Positions 47,760-58,012 of a stretch of 64,000 nt of DNA are shown in pieces. Where the stretch lies: the sequence record LC765218.1; one strand, 5' to 3'. Positions within the stretch are counted from its first letter, which is position 1; every line of letters begins with the position of its first letter. The translations under genes were made by a program, and so were the position numbers. The notes beneath the pieces were generated by a model. The model saw nothing but the letters and a program-made list of their open reading frames with translations. It made no database searches and was not told the DNA's origin.

Positions 47760-48881
47760 ATGGAAACAGAAAATATTCCCCTAGATGTGGAATCTAATCC
47801 ACCCGAGGAAATCGTCGTATTCGATGACTCCCCTGCGGCATTGAGTGCGCTACTTGAGAAAGATGAAGTTACTGCTAATCGTATTCTTGATCTAATTGGT
47901 GGTTTTGAAAATTATCCAATGTTTGAAAGAGAATCACATCTACTAGATCTCGGTTGTGAAGATTTCAAAGGAACCGTTGTAGGTATTCTTGATAAAGTCA
48001 TTGCATTTCTAAATCGAATTATGGAAGATATGTTCGATGGTAGTCTAGCTTTATCTCTAGCATTTGACAATATCCTTCTTCGAGTAGAAGAACTTAATAC
48101 GTTAACACGTACTACTGCACGCCGTTCAAAGGAACCGACCTTTGATGTGACTACTCGAATTCAAAATCTTTGTGTTCGTTATAAAGCCATCAATGAAGTA
48201 CAGGGATTGATTGCAAACCTAAAGAACCTTGAGCAAATTGGGAAACAGTTCTTTGATTACAATAATGAAGAACTTATTCGTGCAGCATTCCATATCCCAC
48301 AGCGCATTACAACCGCTGAGGAATTAAATAAACTCGTTGAAACAATCATGTTATCCAACCCGGTTAAAATGGTTTCTTCTAATCCACTTTATAGTCATCG
48401 TGGATATCGGCATGAGTCTCTTCACCTGATGGGTAATTATCAGGTCGTAGTTCTTGACAAATCGCCAGAAGCAACTGGTATAGATCGAATGTTGGGTATC
48501 AGTGTTAAACTAGATAACTCTGAACGTGATCCTTTGCCCCTTCCAGATTTAATTAAATTTCAACATTTCTCTGGACCTGTACAGATTACTGTATTGCGCC
48601 AAGTAGAGAAGATGGCCGAGATGTTTAACCGTGCAAGTGGTATGAGTATCCGTCATCGTCGGAAAGAACGTATTCGATCAATGTTGAATATTGTCAAAGG
48701 TATTCGTAATCAGATTGTCAATGATCAAGTTGAGGGCGCAGATGAAGCAATTCTACGTCAGTTTGTTGAAGTACTTGAGCGCTACATTGATTGGCTTGCT
48801 AATCCTTACTTGGGTATCTTGGCTCTTGCCGGGCGTAATCTTAACGCTGTTCTTAATGTATGTCGTTCCAATATTAAGTAG
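47760..48881 (+). CDS. Head protein paralogue
   Basis: GFENY..GCEDFK..ILDKVIAFL resembles the family junction; AGGAG SD. Confidence 0.6.
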   Translation: METENIPLDVESNPPEEIVVFDDSPAALSALLEKDEVTANRILDLIGGFENYPMFERESHLLDLGCEDFKGTVVGILDKVIAFLNRIMEDMFDGSLALSLAFDNILLRVEELNTLTRTTARRSKEPTFDVTTRIQNLCVRYKAINEVQGLIANLKNLEQIGKQFFDYNNEELIRAAFHIPQRITTAEELNKLVETIMLSNPVKMVSSNPLYSHRGYRHESLHLMGNYQVVVLDKSPEATGIDRMLGISVKLDNSERDPLPLPDLIKFQHFSGPVQITVLRQVEKMAEMFNRASGMSIRHRRKERIRSMLNIVKGIRNQIVNDQVEGADEAILRQFVEVLERYIDWLANPYLGILALAGRNLNAVLNVCRSNIK

Positions 48882-48901
48882 GCCTTGGCGTTCAATAATC
48901 T

Positions 48902-48965
48902 GAAACAGTGTTTCGTCCATGAGTAGCGTTTAGGACGAATAACGCTACTCGTATTCTGTACAGAA
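48902..48965 (+). promoter_or_regulatory. Structured 5' leader (hairpin with loop complementary to the upstream segment)
   Basis: 10-bp stem 48921-30/48941-50; loop GGACGAA is complementary to TTCGTCC at 48912-18. Confidence 0.5.
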
Positions 48966-48975
48966 GGTAAACAAC

Positions 48976-51510
48976 ATGTTGAAGAACATTCACAAATATA
49001 TCACCAGTCTTGAAGACTTCGCTGAGAGCTCCACCGAAGTTGAAGATAAGCCTGTTGAAACTGTAGATGCTACTAATGTAGAAGCATCCGCAGAACCGGA
49101 AAGCGATGTAGTTGAAGCAGGCGATGAACTTGCGCAAGCTACCCCCACTGAAGAAGTAAAACCCGATGGTGATCTGGAAACGGTAGAAGAACCTCTTGCT
49201 GGTGAAACCAGTGAAGAGCCGTCTGGTATTCCAGAACCTATGGCTACTACCAATGAATCTGCGGCTGAGGCCGCTGCTGCTCAAGCTGAAGAAGCACAAG
49301 CTGCCGAAGTGAAAGAACTCACTGAACAGGCCGAACAGATTCAAGCAACCCAACAGGAAACTGTTGAAGCAGCCGCGGCAGATGCTGAGGCCATCGAAGC
49401 CAACGAGACAGATGTAAATGGTAACACTGTACCTGCTGAAGATACTACTGGTGAACAAAACGTAGATATCACTAATAGCGGCGGTGCTGGTGAAACCGAA
49501 CTGACTAACGATGTTGAATCTCTTGATACCGAAACTACTGTCGATGACGGTGGTGAAACTGCTACCGCTGATACCATCGGTGAAGAACCGGAAACCCCGG
49601 TTGAAGAAGTAGAAGAGACTTCGGAAGCAGAGATTGAAGAAGTAGCTGATGTCAGTGATGCTGCCCCTGAACTCGACAACACTGAGCCGGCCACTGTAGA
49701 AGGTGGTGAAACTCAGGGTGGTGATGAAGAACTACCTGAGTTAGAACCGGAAGCTCAAACCGAAGCAAATGATCAGGTGGATGGTGTTTCTACCCCTGAA
49801 GTTGAAGAAGGCGCTGACGAAGTCACCGTACCCGAAGTCGAAGAGTCTATCGCGGAAACTACCGAAGAAGAAGTTTCTGAAGATGTAGCTGAAACGGAAG
49901 AAGTCAACGAAGAAATCGCTGAAGATTCCACTGATGATATTCCAGCTGAAGAAACTCCAGTTGAAGAACAAGTGACTGAAACTGAAGAATCTACTGTGGA
50001 AGAAATTCCAGCAGAGGAAGAACCAGTAGTCGAGGAAACTGAAGTCGAAGAAGAAACACCGGCGGAAGTGGAAGAAACTCCTGAAGAAGACATCGTCAAC
50101 GAAGAGGAAACTCCTGTTGAGACAGAAGCGGAGGTTGTAGATGAACAAGTCGAAGATCAATCCGAGTCTACCGATGAGACTACAGATGTCGCTGAAGACG
50201 AACCAGTCCTCGAAGAGATCGAAGAAGACGAACCCGATGGAGAAATCGATGATGACGGTGAAGCTAACTTCGATGAAGGTGAACTGGATATCGAGGACGT
50301 TGACACTGATGTCACTGAAGACGATGTAGCCGAAGCCGTAAAAGAAGCCGATGAGGCCGAAGAAGAAGCCGATGCTGATGAAGAGGAAGCGATTGATGCC
50401 AGTCGTACAATCGAAGATCTTCAGAAAGAGAAGGAGTCTGTAGAAGGCTTCATGGAGATTCTGAAATATGGTCTCTCTCAAGAAAGCTATAGTGTTCAAA
50501 CTCTTATCCTGAGTCAAGTTAAACTTGATGAACTCAAGAAAGCATTTGGTGACTATGCTCCTTCCGTTCCTTCGATGGAGCAATATGGTAAAGAAGATCT
50601 CGATAAGTACTATGCTGCTAGTCTTGAGTCTTTCCGCGGTTTCCTTAGTCGTATTACCGGTCTGAAGCGTGCACTGAACGAGAAGTTGATTAAATGGTGG
50701 GAAGGTCCCCTCGTTACTAAAGTTAAGAAGCGTTCTCAAGCACTTAACAAAGATGTCGACCTTGCTCTGACTAAACTTGGTAAGTCCAATATCGGGCGTG
50801 AAACCGTTAAAGGTATTTCTAGCGATATGGCCACCAAAGAAACTAACCTCGTGCAAGCTGTTGCAAAAGATCTTCGTGTCACTTCCGAGATCGCTGTTAA
50901 GGGCGTTAAAGACTCTGAACGTGCACTGCAAGAAGTAGTAGGTGTCATCAACAAGGCTGTTACTGAAGGTGGTTACGATAAGACTGGTCCGCTAGTTAAG
51001 ACTGCTCTGAATATCAAACCTGCCAAGTATCCGGAAAACATGGCTAACGCTCTCATGGGTGGTTGGGCTATTGAATACGAGAAAGGCCCACGCGGTGGCG
51101 ATAGTAAGATCGAGGCTTTGGCATATACTCTGGTACCTGTCTTCAAGAAGATCAAAGTAGAGGATCGCCAAGTTAGTTTCGATGTGACCAAAGCTGATCT
51201 AGCGAACATGCTTAAGATGGCTAAGGCATACGTCGCCCTGGCTGATAAGCTTGCTGATTCCGTTGGTTCTAAAGCTATCGATGACATTATCAATCTCGAC
51301 GTTACACGCAACCGTGCATTGAGCACTGGCTCCAGTGAGTTCGATACTACTTCCCGTGCATCGGGTTGGGATGAACAAGCTGAGCTGGATGATCTGGCTA
51401 GTGCAATGCTGAAAGTGTCTTACGCGCATGTGGATGCGTATAAGTTCGTAACACAGCATGCTCTTGACGTGGCAGATGGTATTGTTAGTGTTGTTCGTAA
51501 AGCTCTGTAA
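48976..51510 (+). CDS. Inner-head protein with very long Glu-rich propeptide (phiKZ gp97-like)
   Basis: 844 aa, about 480 aa E/D/T-rich N-terminal region, then SVEGF, SQESY, SMEQY and SLESF cleavage-type sites. Confidence 0.72.
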   Translation: MLKNIHKYITSLEDFAESSTEVEDKPVETVDATNVEASAEPESDVVEAGDELAQATPTEEVKPDGDLETVEEPLAGETSEEPSGIPEPMATTNESAAEAAAAQAEEAQAAEVKELTEQAEQIQATQQETVEAAAADAEAIEANETDVNGNTVPAEDTTGEQNVDITNSGGAGETELTNDVESLDTETTVDDGGETATADTIGEEPETPVEEVEETSEAEIEEVADVSDAAPELDNTEPATVEGGETQGGDEELPELEPEAQTEANDQVDGVSTPEVEEGADEVTVPEVEESIAETTEEEVSEDVAETEEVNEEIAEDSTDDIPAEETPVEEQVTETEESTVEEIPAEEEPVVEETEVEEETPAEVEETPEEDIVNEEETPVETEAEVVDEQVEDQSESTDETTDVAEDEPVLEEIEEDEPDGEIDDDGEANFDEGELDIEDVDTDVTEDDVAEAVKEADEAEEEADADEEEAIDASRTIEDLQKEKESVEGFMEILKYGLSQESYSVQTLILSQVKLDELKKAFGDYAPSVPSMEQYGKEDLDKYYAASLESFRGFLSRITGLKRALNEKLIKWWEGPLVTKVKKRSQALNKDVDLALTKLGKSNIGRETVKGISSDMATKETNLVQAVAKDLRVTSEIAVKGVKDSERALQEVVGVINKAVTEGGYDKTGPLVKTALNIKPAKYPENMANALMGGWAIEYEKGPRGGDSKIEALAYTLVPVFKKIKVEDRQVSFDVTKADLANMLKMAKAYVALADKLADSVGSKAIDDIINLDVTRNRALSTGSSEFDTTSRASGWDEQAELDDLASAMLKVSYAHVDAYKFVTQHALDVADGIVSVVRKAL

Positions 51511-51517
51511 GTAACAA

Positions 51518-51552
51518 CATATTGCCCTGCCCTAAAAAGGCAGGGCTTTATG
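51518..51552 (+). terminator. Terminator ending in TTTATG
   Basis: GCCCTGCC-7 nt-GGCAGGGC-TTTATG. Confidence 0.8.
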
Positions 51553-51588
51553 CCGGATCTTATGATCTTAAACCATGAGGTGGTTACC

Positions 51589-53235
51589 ATGCCCCATGCA
51601 ATTATCCCCTTGCCAGACGTATACGAAACCGTAATGCGGAAGGTATCAGTCGATGCTATTCGACAAATTGCTACAATGATGCAGTTACCCGGTGCTACCC
51701 GAGTTTACCTACCTGGACGTGTCGATACCGTTCCTATGAACGACGGTATGTTTGGTAACTGTTGCGATGCAGCCGATGCTGTTCACTTTGACCCAGAAGA
51801 ACGTATTACAGTTGCATATGAAGAAATAGCCGAAGAGAACTTTACTCTTTCAACTGCGGTTTATAACAACGAGAACTTTCCTCTATTCGTTGATGATGTT
51901 CATGATATTACTATTCGACCGATTCGACGTTTTGTTGACTTCAGGATAGACATTGAATATCAGGCACCTAACGTGGTACTGGCTCAACGCTGGTTAGACG
52001 ATCAACGGATACGTTGTTCAGCCGGCGGTGCTGAGATGACAATGTCTCTAACGTATCACTATAATGTCCCTCCATCTCTTTTAGGTTTGATGAAAGGACT
52101 GTATGATACAATGCAGAAGTCAAACTGGCCAACCGATCTAACCTTCCGTGAGTGGATGGAGAAACATTGGTGCCAACCTCAAACCGAAATGGCTACCCTA
52201 GCAAGTACACATCCTACACTTTCTATATACGAACGTCAAGTTGATGTGGTCGGTTGGTTTGACTTTAGTACATCTCCAGATACGCCACAAAAGTCGTCTG
52301 ATAATGCTGGTGGATACACTGTTAATTTTAGCTATCTGTGTCGTTATGAACGACCTACGCATATGCGTGTTAACTATCCAATCCTAATGAACCAGTGTAC
52401 TATTCCTAAAGTATTCCGACCGGAGTATCGATATCAGAATTATCAAGCGGTTGATCGGAAGACTACATCTTTACGTGGAACATTAGATCATCAATTTCTC
52501 TTAATGCGAGATATGGGTCTACCTTATATCCAGCATCCAGATATCGATGATTGGCATACTGACCAAATTCCACCGCACCGCTTCACATTCTTTAATGGGT
52601 TGTTGTGCCTGAGTAAAGATGACCTGACATCACTGATGGACTTCAAGAACCTAGGTCGATTTACATTCAATCCATATTGGCTTGAGTTTATCCAGACTCT
52701 AGGAACAGCTGCAATCGCAGATGGCTCTTTCTTTGAAATCCGGTTGTACCAAAATAACGAGCGGTTACGTGTACCGATGACAATTGATCCTGGGACTACT
52801 CTTCTGAGAACAACCATCCCACTGGATCCTTTGAAGTACTACCACATTCAAATTAGTCTCTCTAAGAACTTCTATGGTATCCATGATAAGTACTGGGAGA
52901 TGATTCGTCGTTATCCAACTACCTGCTGGAGTCTGTTCCGGTTGTTCCGTGTTAGTATTGGTCGTAACCCGATCGAGAAAATGGAACTACTGGGTCTAAG
53001 TGGTCCTCGTCCAGAAGATCCCGATGCTCCAGGTGAAGGTACTACACCAATCACGTCTGACCTGCCTAATACGTTTAAGCGTGGTATCGTGAAATGGGGT
53101 GATATTGCTAAAGCTCGTGAAGAGCAAGACAAGATCATCGCAGAAGTTGGAGCCAGTGGTGGTTATATAGATCAACACAAAGTCGGTCCATTGAACGTAT
53201 TATTTTCGCACATTATTTCTGACATTAGGAGTTAA
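51589..53235 (+). CDS. Virion structural protein (phiKZ gp98/99 region)
   Basis: ATG 51589 with GAGGT SD (track start 51550); synteny only. Confidence 0.6.
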   Translation: MPHAIIPLPDVYETVMRKVSVDAIRQIATMMQLPGATRVYLPGRVDTVPMNDGMFGNCCDAADAVHFDPEERITVAYEEIAEENFTLSTAVYNNENFPLFVDDVHDITIRPIRRFVDFRIDIEYQAPNVVLAQRWLDDQRIRCSAGGAEMTMSLTYHYNVPPSLLGLMKGLYDTMQKSNWPTDLTFREWMEKHWCQPQTEMATLASTHPTLSIYERQVDVVGWFDFSTSPDTPQKSSDNAGGYTVNFSYLCRYERPTHMRVNYPILMNQCTIPKVFRPEYRYQNYQAVDRKTTSLRGTLDHQFLLMRDMGLPYIQHPDIDDWHTDQIPPHRFTFFNGLLCLSKDDLTSLMDFKNLGRFTFNPYWLEFIQTLGTAAIADGSFFEIRLYQNNERLRVPMTIDPGTTLLRTTIPLDPLKYYHIQISLSKNFYGIHDKYWEMIRRYPTTCWSLFRLFRVSIGRNPIEKMELLGLSGPRPEDPDAPGEGTTPITSDLPNTFKRGIVKWGDIAKAREEQDKIIAEVGASGGYIDQHKVGPLNVLFSHIISDIRS

Positions 53236-53237
53236 CG

Positions 53238-54644
53238 ATGTCTCTTTTTGTAGATGAGGAAGAAATTGCTCCTCAGAGTCCAGAAGTTAATCCTGTTACT
53301 GTCAAAGCACGCCCCGAGGTTTATCGGGGCATTGCCATTGATACAAAGTTCGTACCAAAAAGTTCGATGCTTGCATGGATAAATGGTTCTAACTGGAACG
53401 TAACGTATTTCTCACAAATTCTTGACGAAACTCAAGAACCAACTCCCCTGGTTCTCCATCGTCAACCACCATATCAACAATACCGTTGCATTAAAGGAAT
53501 GGATCTTAAGGTTAACCAGTCTTTAGATATTTCCCAAGATGAACGTATTCGTACATTCTCTGTTACTGGTGCCGGACACACATATCCGTTCCTCGTTCCT
53601 AACGTTGGAGATATGTTCATTGGTAACATTGGTGATGGTGTACTAGGTCTATTCACTATTACGGCGGCTCGTCGTGAAACATTCTTGCGTGATTCCACAT
53701 ACGCTATCGAATGGAAGATGGTGAGTAAACTTAATGAACAACAAGTAGAAGACCTTGAACGTAAGACTATAATCACTTACTATTATTCTGCAAGTTCTCT
53801 TACTAGTGGTTGTGGTCCGTTTGTTACTGAACAAGAACAACAAGATCAAAAAGATTTTGCTGCTCTTCGTAAAGAGATCATTCGGAGATACATTAGTGAT
53901 TTCTTCTCTGTTGAACATAGTACATTCCTGGTACCAGATCAGTTAATGAAAACCTATGACCATTTTGTAACTAAAGCGATGGTTATGATGGTTGACATGA
54001 AAACTGATCGACGGATGATGAATGTTAAGTTACTGAATGTAATGTCCGAACCTGTAATGAAGCAACCAACTATTTGGGATGCTATCTTACGTCAAGATGC
54101 TACCCGTCTTTGCGGTTCTACTGAACGTGCACATCTCGTAGCTACTAGAATCTCCCGCTGGCGGCCAGAACTACAGGCAATTGGTTATACCGGTATCCCT
54201 AGGTTCGTGTTCCCTATCGAGGGACCAACTGACGTGGATTCACAATACGATGGTGAAGACCGTGCTCGACCAGAAGGAATTCCGTTCCATGAAGGTCAAC
54301 CCCGTCGTCCTCAAATACCGTATAAGACGCAAGAAGAACGAAACAGCGAATGGTTTAAACGTGCTGATCCAGATGTCATAAAACAAGATGAAGCGTGGGA
54401 TCGCCCGGCTGACATCGCGCCCGTAGTTCGTGATAACTTCTATGTATTTACCGAAGCCTTTTATACGGAAGATGCCAAGCTCCAGACTAAACTGGAAATG
54501 TTAACTTGGCAAATGATCAATCGTCAACCTATGGACATGAACCAATTAAGAAAAGTGACGAAATGTTGCCTTTCGTGGGACAATTTGGAACGATTTTATT
54601 ATCACCCTGTCCTGATAGCACTACTTAAATACGCAACGAGGTAA
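53238..54644 (+). CDS. Virion structural protein (possible neck/head-completion protein)
   Basis: 468 aa with AGGAG SD; [13 protein letters not shown] resembles the PxxGD motif of neck proteins. Confidence 0.55.
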   Translation: MSLFVDEEEIAPQSPEVNPVTVKARPEVYRGIAIDTKFVPKSSMLAWINGSNWNVTYFSQILDETQEPTPLVLHRQPPYQQYRCIKGMDLKVNQSLDISQDERIRTFSVTGAGHTYPFLVPNVGDMFIGNIGDGVLGLFTITAARRETFLRDSTYAIEWKMVSKLNEQQVEDLERKTIITYYYSASSLTSGCGPFVTEQEQQDQKDFAALRKEIIRRYISDFFSVEHSTFLVPDQLMKTYDHFVTKAMVMMVDMKTDRRMMNVKLLNVMSEPVMKQPTIWDAILRQDATRLCGSTERAHLVATRISRWRPELQAIGYTGIPRFVFPIEGPTDVDSQYDGEDRARPEGIPFHEGQPRRPQIPYKTQEERNSEWFKRADPDVIKQDEAWDRPADIAPVVRDNFYVFTEAFYTEDAKLQTKLEMLTWQMINRQPMDMNQLRKVTKCCLSWDNLERFYYHPVLIALLKYATR

Positions 54645-54650
54645 TCTCCA

Positions 54651-55223
54651 ATGCAACTCTGTGAACGATATACTGCGGCATGGCGTTTGTTCCATCTTCG
54701 TTATGAAGTTGTTACACCAGATCTTGCAGCTTATAGCACTAACTATCTACGTAATAACCATATCAACGTAACGGGAGATCGACTAGTCGACCGTGAACGT
54801 GTATCGCAAATGTCCCGTGGTCAACAAACAGCCGCTGGTATTGCAATGATGATGGGTGAGGGGTATAGCGTAGGTCTCGTTAACTATAAAGACTGCGTGC
54901 AGATCTATGCTGACATCCAGAAACATCTGGGTGACTGGCGAGAACAAACTCTATTCCATGCACATCCAGCTGGTTTCCCACCTATTGAAGATCTTCGTCT
55001 TTTCGAAGCACTTGCTATTGAGGTTTATGAACTAGCGAAAAAGCTGGAACCGCGTGAAGACGTACGTAGTCAAATATTTGACTCGCTTGTGGCAATGAAC
55101 CGTCGTCGTAACTTGGCATCCACTAATAAGTGGTTGCAGGCACGTAGTGAAGTCGAAGGTAAATTAAAGCCATACGTTTCTATCGTAGATCAGATTGAAC
55201 GTTACATCGTGGAGGCTGAATAA
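54651..55223 (+). CDS. Conserved hypothetical protein in the virion block
   Basis: 190 aa with GAGG SD. Confidence 0.65.
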   Translation: MQLCERYTAAWRLFHLRYEVVTPDLAAYSTNYLRNNHINVTGDRLVDRERVSQMSRGQQTAAGIAMMMGEGYSVGLVNYKDCVQIYADIQKHLGDWREQTLFHAHPAGFPPIEDLRLFEALAIEVYELAKKLEPREDVRSQIFDSLVAMNRRRNLASTNKWLQARSEVEGKLKPYVSIVDQIERYIVEAE

Positions 55224-56608
55224 TGTCTGTCGATAGTACGCTTTTAATGCGTGAAGTCGAACAGGTTACCGAAATTGGTGAAAGCTATTCTAACTTCCGC
55301 AATGAGATTAAAATCCTTGCTAATAAAAAGTGGATTACTCCTGTACGTCTTGATTTTCTTTATTTGAATAGAGACTACGGGAGTGGTCAACTTGGTGATA
55401 TCAGAGAGGTTCAGTTCTTAATTGGTTATGGTGACTATGTCCATGATATCGTCCCTTATCGCGATAACCTACAAGTCGATGTATCTGAGATACCTCTACT
55501 GGAAGCAGTAGCTACACGTAACGTCGAACGGAAAGCAGTTACCAAACGTTACCGAGGGATTATTTCCGTTAGTGGTGACGATAACCCGGCCTTGTCAGGA
55601 AAGAACTCTAATCTTAAATCCAGAGAAGCGATGAACCAGATCGGATTGATAAGCGTACAGATGCAACTTGTGGATGAACTGACGTATAAACTGATGATGG
55701 TAACTTGTGGCACTACATATCGAGTTACGACCACAATGAATGCTCTTAAATCACTGTGGACGCAATTTGGGCAATTAGTGGGAGGCTCGGATAGCCAAAG
55801 ATTACTTGCCATCGATATCGCAGATGGATATAGTCAAGAAGAACGTAATCAGATTATCATCCCAGATGGAATGCCTTTGAAAGACGTTCATCGATTCTTC
55901 CAAGATAAAGAAGGAGGAATCTATTCTACGGGTATTGGACGTTATATACAAAATCAGGTTTTATTCTTGTATCCTCTTTACGATACAACTCGTTATGGAA
56001 AGAATACAAAAGTGCTAAACTTGATCAACGTTCCTAATGATCGGTACCAGGGTGCCGAGAAGACGTTTAGAAACACGATGCGCCATATCACAGTGTTAGC
56101 CACTGGCGATGCGACTTCACTTGACCAAGGACTCGCCGAGCAACTTCAGAATGGTAACTCTTTCCGATTTGGGGATGCTCGTAAAGTATTCCAAGACTTT
56201 GCAATTGACAAAGACAACAAAATGTTAGTTGATAGGGCTACTAACTTGTTCGAAGTCAAGATGAAGGATTTGGAAACAGGATTCAATAACGTTCGCTGGG
56301 CAAAAGATAGATTGACATCTAACCCTTTCAAGCAATATACGGATATGGCTAGAAAGCAAGGACAAGAGATCAAATTGGAATGGACACATGGTAATCCTGA
56401 TTTACTCTATCCGGGGATGCCTGTTAAATTTCAGACAATATCTGATAACCGAGTGAAAACATACCACGGCGTGTTATTAGGTGTAAACGAACAACGTAGA
56501 TCAGCTGACGCTGGGGCCACAGTCAATCGCCACGTCGGTAAAGTCACATTGGGCGTTTTCATTAATCGCTTCGAAGTAACAGAAGACGGTATAGAGCCCA
56601 CCCCGTAA
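55223..56608 (+). CDS. Putative baseplate hub protein (T4 gp27/VgrG-N-like; phiKZ gp101 region)
   Basis: 461 aa, beta-rich, with C-terminal LYPGMPVKF...YHGVLLGV typical of hub barrels; inference. Confidence 0.5.
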   Translation: MSVDSTLLMREVEQVTEIGESYSNFRNEIKILANKKWITPVRLDFLYLNRDYGSGQLGDIREVQFLIGYGDYVHDIVPYRDNLQVDVSEIPLLEAVATRNVERKAVTKRYRGIISVSGDDNPALSGKNSNLKSREAMNQIGLISVQMQLVDELTYKLMMVTCGTTYRVTTTMNALKSLWTQFGQLVGGSDSQRLLAIDIADGYSQEERNQIIIPDGMPLKDVHRFFQDKEGGIYSTGIGRYIQNQVLFLYPLYDTTRYGKNTKVLNLINVPNDRYQGAEKTFRNTMRHITVLATGDATSLDQGLAEQLQNGNSFRFGDARKVFQDFAIDKDNKMLVDRATNLFEVKMKDLETGFNNVRWAKDRLTSNPFKQYTDMARKQGQEIKLEWTHGNPDLLYPGMPVKFQTISDNRVKTYHGVLLGVNEQRRSADAGATVNRHVGKVTLGVFINRFEVTEDGIEPTP

Positions 56609-56627
56609 TTGGGGTGGGTTTTTATTT
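56595..56627 (+). terminator. Terminator ending the late block
   Basis: GCCCACCCC-GTAATT-GGGGTGGGT-TTTTATTT. Confidence 0.8.
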
Positions 56628-56639
56628 AGGTAGGACCAT

Positions 56640-57071
56640 ATGCAGAACGTGTTCTTTCGTATTGACCACGTTTGGTCATACAACTTTATTGGATCTATAA
56701 AAGGATTCATCGATCTTTCAATAGATGTAGTAAACCACTTATACTCTTTAGCCACTGAGTATGTGAAACTACAGCACAACTTTATTTATAACCACAACGC
56801 TAAAGAGTTCAATAAAGGGTATCAATACATCCTTATGGAACTACAACGCTATCCAATCGATACAAGTTTCTTTGAAGGTAATTTCAAAGAACTATATAAC
56901 TTTCATCGATTAGCATTTAATAGCTTAAAAGGTGAAATCGAGACTATAAAGACATATTGCAACGACGAAGGGAATATAGAGGCGTTCATTATAGAACTTC
57001 GTGAGTGTCCACCTTGCATTCAAAGCATTTTAAACCCTATATCACAATTGGGAATAAACCAGTTATATTAG
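56640..57071 (+). CDS. Hypothetical protein (AT-rich)
   Basis: 143 aa with AGGA SD. Confidence 0.6.
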   Translation: MQNVFFRIDHVWSYNFIGSIKGFIDLSIDVVNHLYSLATEYVKLQHNFIYNHNAKEFNKGYQYILMELQRYPIDTSFFEGNFKELYNFHRLAFNSLKGEIETIKTYCNDEGNIEAFIIELRECPPCIQSILNPISQLGINQLY

Positions 57072-57078
57072 GTGCTTT

Positions 57079-57222
57079 ATGCAAGAACAAGCTAAGGAAG
57101 AAATGTTCCCGCGTTCCAATAAGAGTGATCCCAATGTCCCACCGAGCTGGGTTAAACTAGAGTATGTTGTAATCGTGTTCGTTATCTCTCTTGTTGCAAC
57201 AATCATTTTCAACGGCTTCTAA
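57079..57222 (+). CDS. Small protein with C-terminal TM segment (47 aa, not in track)
   Basis: MQEQAKEEMFP...YVVIVFVISLVATIIFNGF*; AGGT SD. Confidence 0.5.
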   Translation: MQEQAKEEMFPRSNKSDPNVPPSWVKLEYVVIVFVISLVATIIFNGF

Positions 57223-57231
57223 GGATAAACC

Positions 57232-57396
57232 ATGTTCTATGATCATAATAAACCTCACGAAGAAAACGAAAAGAGTCGTCGTGAGTACGCCCACAATCGT
57301 GAACTTATGCAATATGCAACCGCTGGTATTGCTTTAATAACCGCTGCAATTACCCTTACTATAGCGGTAAAAAAGGCAGTGAATGAGTTCACCTAA
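57232..57396 (+). CDS. Small single-TM protein (54 aa, not in track)
   Basis: MFYDHNKP...ATAGIALITAAITLTIAVKK...*; AAGGA SD. Confidence 0.5.
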   Translation: MFYDHNKPHEENEKSRREYAHNRELMQYATAGIALITAAITLTIAVKKAVNEFT

Positions 57397-57464
57397 TCTT
57401 GCACAATCTGATGAGTTGTGGTTTCGCGACCATTAGATTTTGTAGGACAAAGGAGCCATAGTCA

Positions 57465-57938
57465 ATGGCTGAATTCGTGATAGGTAAAGACATTTTTAAA
57501 GAGCCTGGGGATCTTTACCTAATAACTGTTAATACCCGTGGCGTAATGGGTACAGGTTTAGCGGAAAGCTTCCGTGAGAAGTTCCCTGAACTGTATCAAA
57601 GATATAAACATGATTGCAAGTATCGAATCATCACCATCGGTAACCCAACCATCTATCTTGCCGATGATGGTAAACGTTACATGATGTTCCCAACGAAAGA
57701 TCGTTGGCAAGATGATTCACAGTTAAGCTATATCAATGACGGCCTCCAATGGATAGTCGACAATATTGATGTAGAAGATGGGATCGACCCTAAGTGGAAG
57801 ATCGTAGTACCACCGCTCGGTTGCGGAAACGGCATGCTGAAATGGCCTGATGTTAAACAAACATTAGAAAAGTTCAGTAGTCATATCCCTAACGAGATGG
57901 TGGTCGTAGTACCGCCCTGGATGGCGGCCCTTGCTTAA
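57465..57938 (+). CDS. Macrodomain protein (DarG/Appr-1-p-processing type ADP-ribosylhydrolase)
   Basis: TVNTRGVMGTGLA..F..KFP, MFPTK..W..DS.LSYI..GL, PPLGCGNG..W. Confidence 0.85.
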   Translation: MAEFVIGKDIFKEPGDLYLITVNTRGVMGTGLAESFREKFPELYQRYKHDCKYRIITIGNPTIYLADDGKRYMMFPTKDRWQDDSQLSYINDGLQWIVDNIDVEDGIDPKWKIVVPPLGCGNGMLKWPDVKQTLEKFSSHIPNEMVVVVPPWMAALA

Positions 57939-57947
57939 TCAAACCTA

Positions 57948-57978
57948 AAAAGCCCTGGTCTTCGATCAGGGCTTTATG
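57948..57978 (+). terminator. Terminator ending in TTTATG
   Basis: AAAGCCCTGGT-CTTCG-ATCAGGGCTTTATG. Confidence 0.8.
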
Positions 57979-58012
57979 TCGTGTCAAACCAAACCCAAAA
58001 GGAAATTGAAAA

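Noticed and set aside
47760-48881. Possible vRNAP beta' C-terminal subunit by synteny
   Set aside because: No RNAP motif is recognisable, and the N-terminal junction matches the inner-head paralogue family. An HHpred search would be decisive.
48902-48950. Possible hammerhead ribozyme (GGACGAAAC appears on the minus strand)
   Set aside because: There is no CUGAnGA core in the required position on either strand, so it is kept only as a structured leader.
48892-50931. Antisense ORFs over the Glu-rich gp97-like propeptide
   Set aside because: The Phe/Ser-rich translations are reverse complements of GAA/GAG codons.
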